Assembly: GCA_965645245.1 (NCBI GenBank)
Contig: OZ287071.1
Location: 496,001-560,000, forward strand
Length of the DNA stretch: 64,000 bases
From: Massalongia carnosa
Taxonomy: Eukaryota
Reading direction: 5' to 3'
Positions 62,907 to 64,000 of the stretch are shown here, one piece after another. The translations under genes were made by a program, and so were the position numbers. The notes beneath the pieces are model-generated. The model was not told the DNA's origin and ran no database searches. It saw only the letters and a program-made list of their open reading frames with translations. Every line of letters begins with the position of its first letter. Position 1 is the first letter of the stretch.

Positions 62907-64000
62907 TACGAACTGCGAGAGGCTTAAGCTTAAGATCTCAGCATGCGCGGTGGAATTACATGTGGGAATGTGAAAATGTTCGCAAAGGCAAACTGCATTC
63001 TTTCAGCACTCTCGAGAAGACGGGAAACAAGGGAAGTCAAGAGCGGCAAACGACGTCGCGAGGGAAAGGAAAGAGATGTGGATGTCAGACGACATGATGC
63101 CAACACACAAGTTTTAGGCACGGGAGCGTCTTTCCACTCTCGCTCGTTGAATCGAGGACGCACAGCAACAGATGTAGCAGGGCAGGCGCTACATGATGAT
63201 TAGGCCGTCAAGTAGAAAGACCAGAAGCACGCTGCAGGTGGGGAGTCGAGCAACGGCCACGGGCCACTGAGGGCTCGAAGCACACCTACCTAAAGTCACA
63301 TGACCTTACTTTCACCATCGGGAGGGTGGTCCCGCTGCATACTATCATTGACATGTAAACCATCCACAGCTGCTTGATTGATTCCGGTAAGTTCACTTTT
63401 TAATTTGGACGGCGGGTGCACTAGCCAACGTGCGAGACCTGAGAGGCACCGAGGCTCGAGATGATTCGGGGGGCGAGCGGTACAAGTAATGAGCTTGCAG
63501 ATGACAGATGGACGATACACCCTGCTGTGAACGCCATGCATTTGACTTTTGGACAGTTGGACGTTCAGTTATTCCTGTAGTCCGTGGGGTTCCGAAGTGA
63601 TCTACTCGTATAAGCAGCCGATGTCTAATATTCCCTAACATTCCCACCAGTCATGGTTTGCGCTTGGAAGAATGGCAGGATTTCTATTCCTGGGCGGCAT
63701 CGAAGGCAAGATGGGTGTGGAGGGGGAAAGTTGGAAGGCGGGGAACCTATTTCCAAACTGGACCGGAAAGAGAGAAGTTGAAAAGCCAGTGTGCCATTGC
63801 CCGAGGATATCCCCAATCTATATATAAGGTGCCCGCATCATTGACGGAAGGAAAGGATGTACATGCATTCCAATTCGTCACCAACTGCTCGTTCTGCCTC
63901 GTCCCCTGCGGCAATAATCGAGCGAGATGGCACTTCATTGGTGGAAACATGCTTTCCATCTAACTAAAAGAAATATAGAGCGCGTGGTCGGCGCTTGCTA

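Overview
Fungal nuclear DNA (filamentous ascomycete, Pezizomycotina-type genes with short GT-AG introns and CTAAC/CTGAC branch points). The first ~6.1 kb is a transposon cluster. It holds a decayed Ty3/Gypsy element (minus strand; gag-PR-RT-RNaseH, with a -1 frameshift site and likely pseudoknot) whose apparent 5' LTR (3133-3404) is an almost perfect hairpin with 96-bp perfect arms. Six bases further on is a ~2.7-kb element with an 8-bp target duplication, tandem subterminal repeats and a duplicated right end, enclosing a pogo/Fot1-type transposase with its own ~100-bp TIRs. The rest is a housekeeping block: ATO/AcpA acetate transporter, G1-type cyclin, UTP4, PNG1, ERV14, PRP17, a ZZ/EF-hand protein, COX10, an intact DD34E Tc1 transposon in the COX10 promoter, CET1, RPN2, MPDU1, MED8, a cytochrome-b5/acyl-CoA dehydrogenase and F-box-like proteins. 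Reading the sequence directly also shows things the ORF track misses or fragments: ERV14, a 75-aa two-exon Ser-rich microgene, a frameshifted stand-alone PAH-domain gene and a 12-nt micro-exon. Gene identities rest on recognised motifs only; no database search was run.
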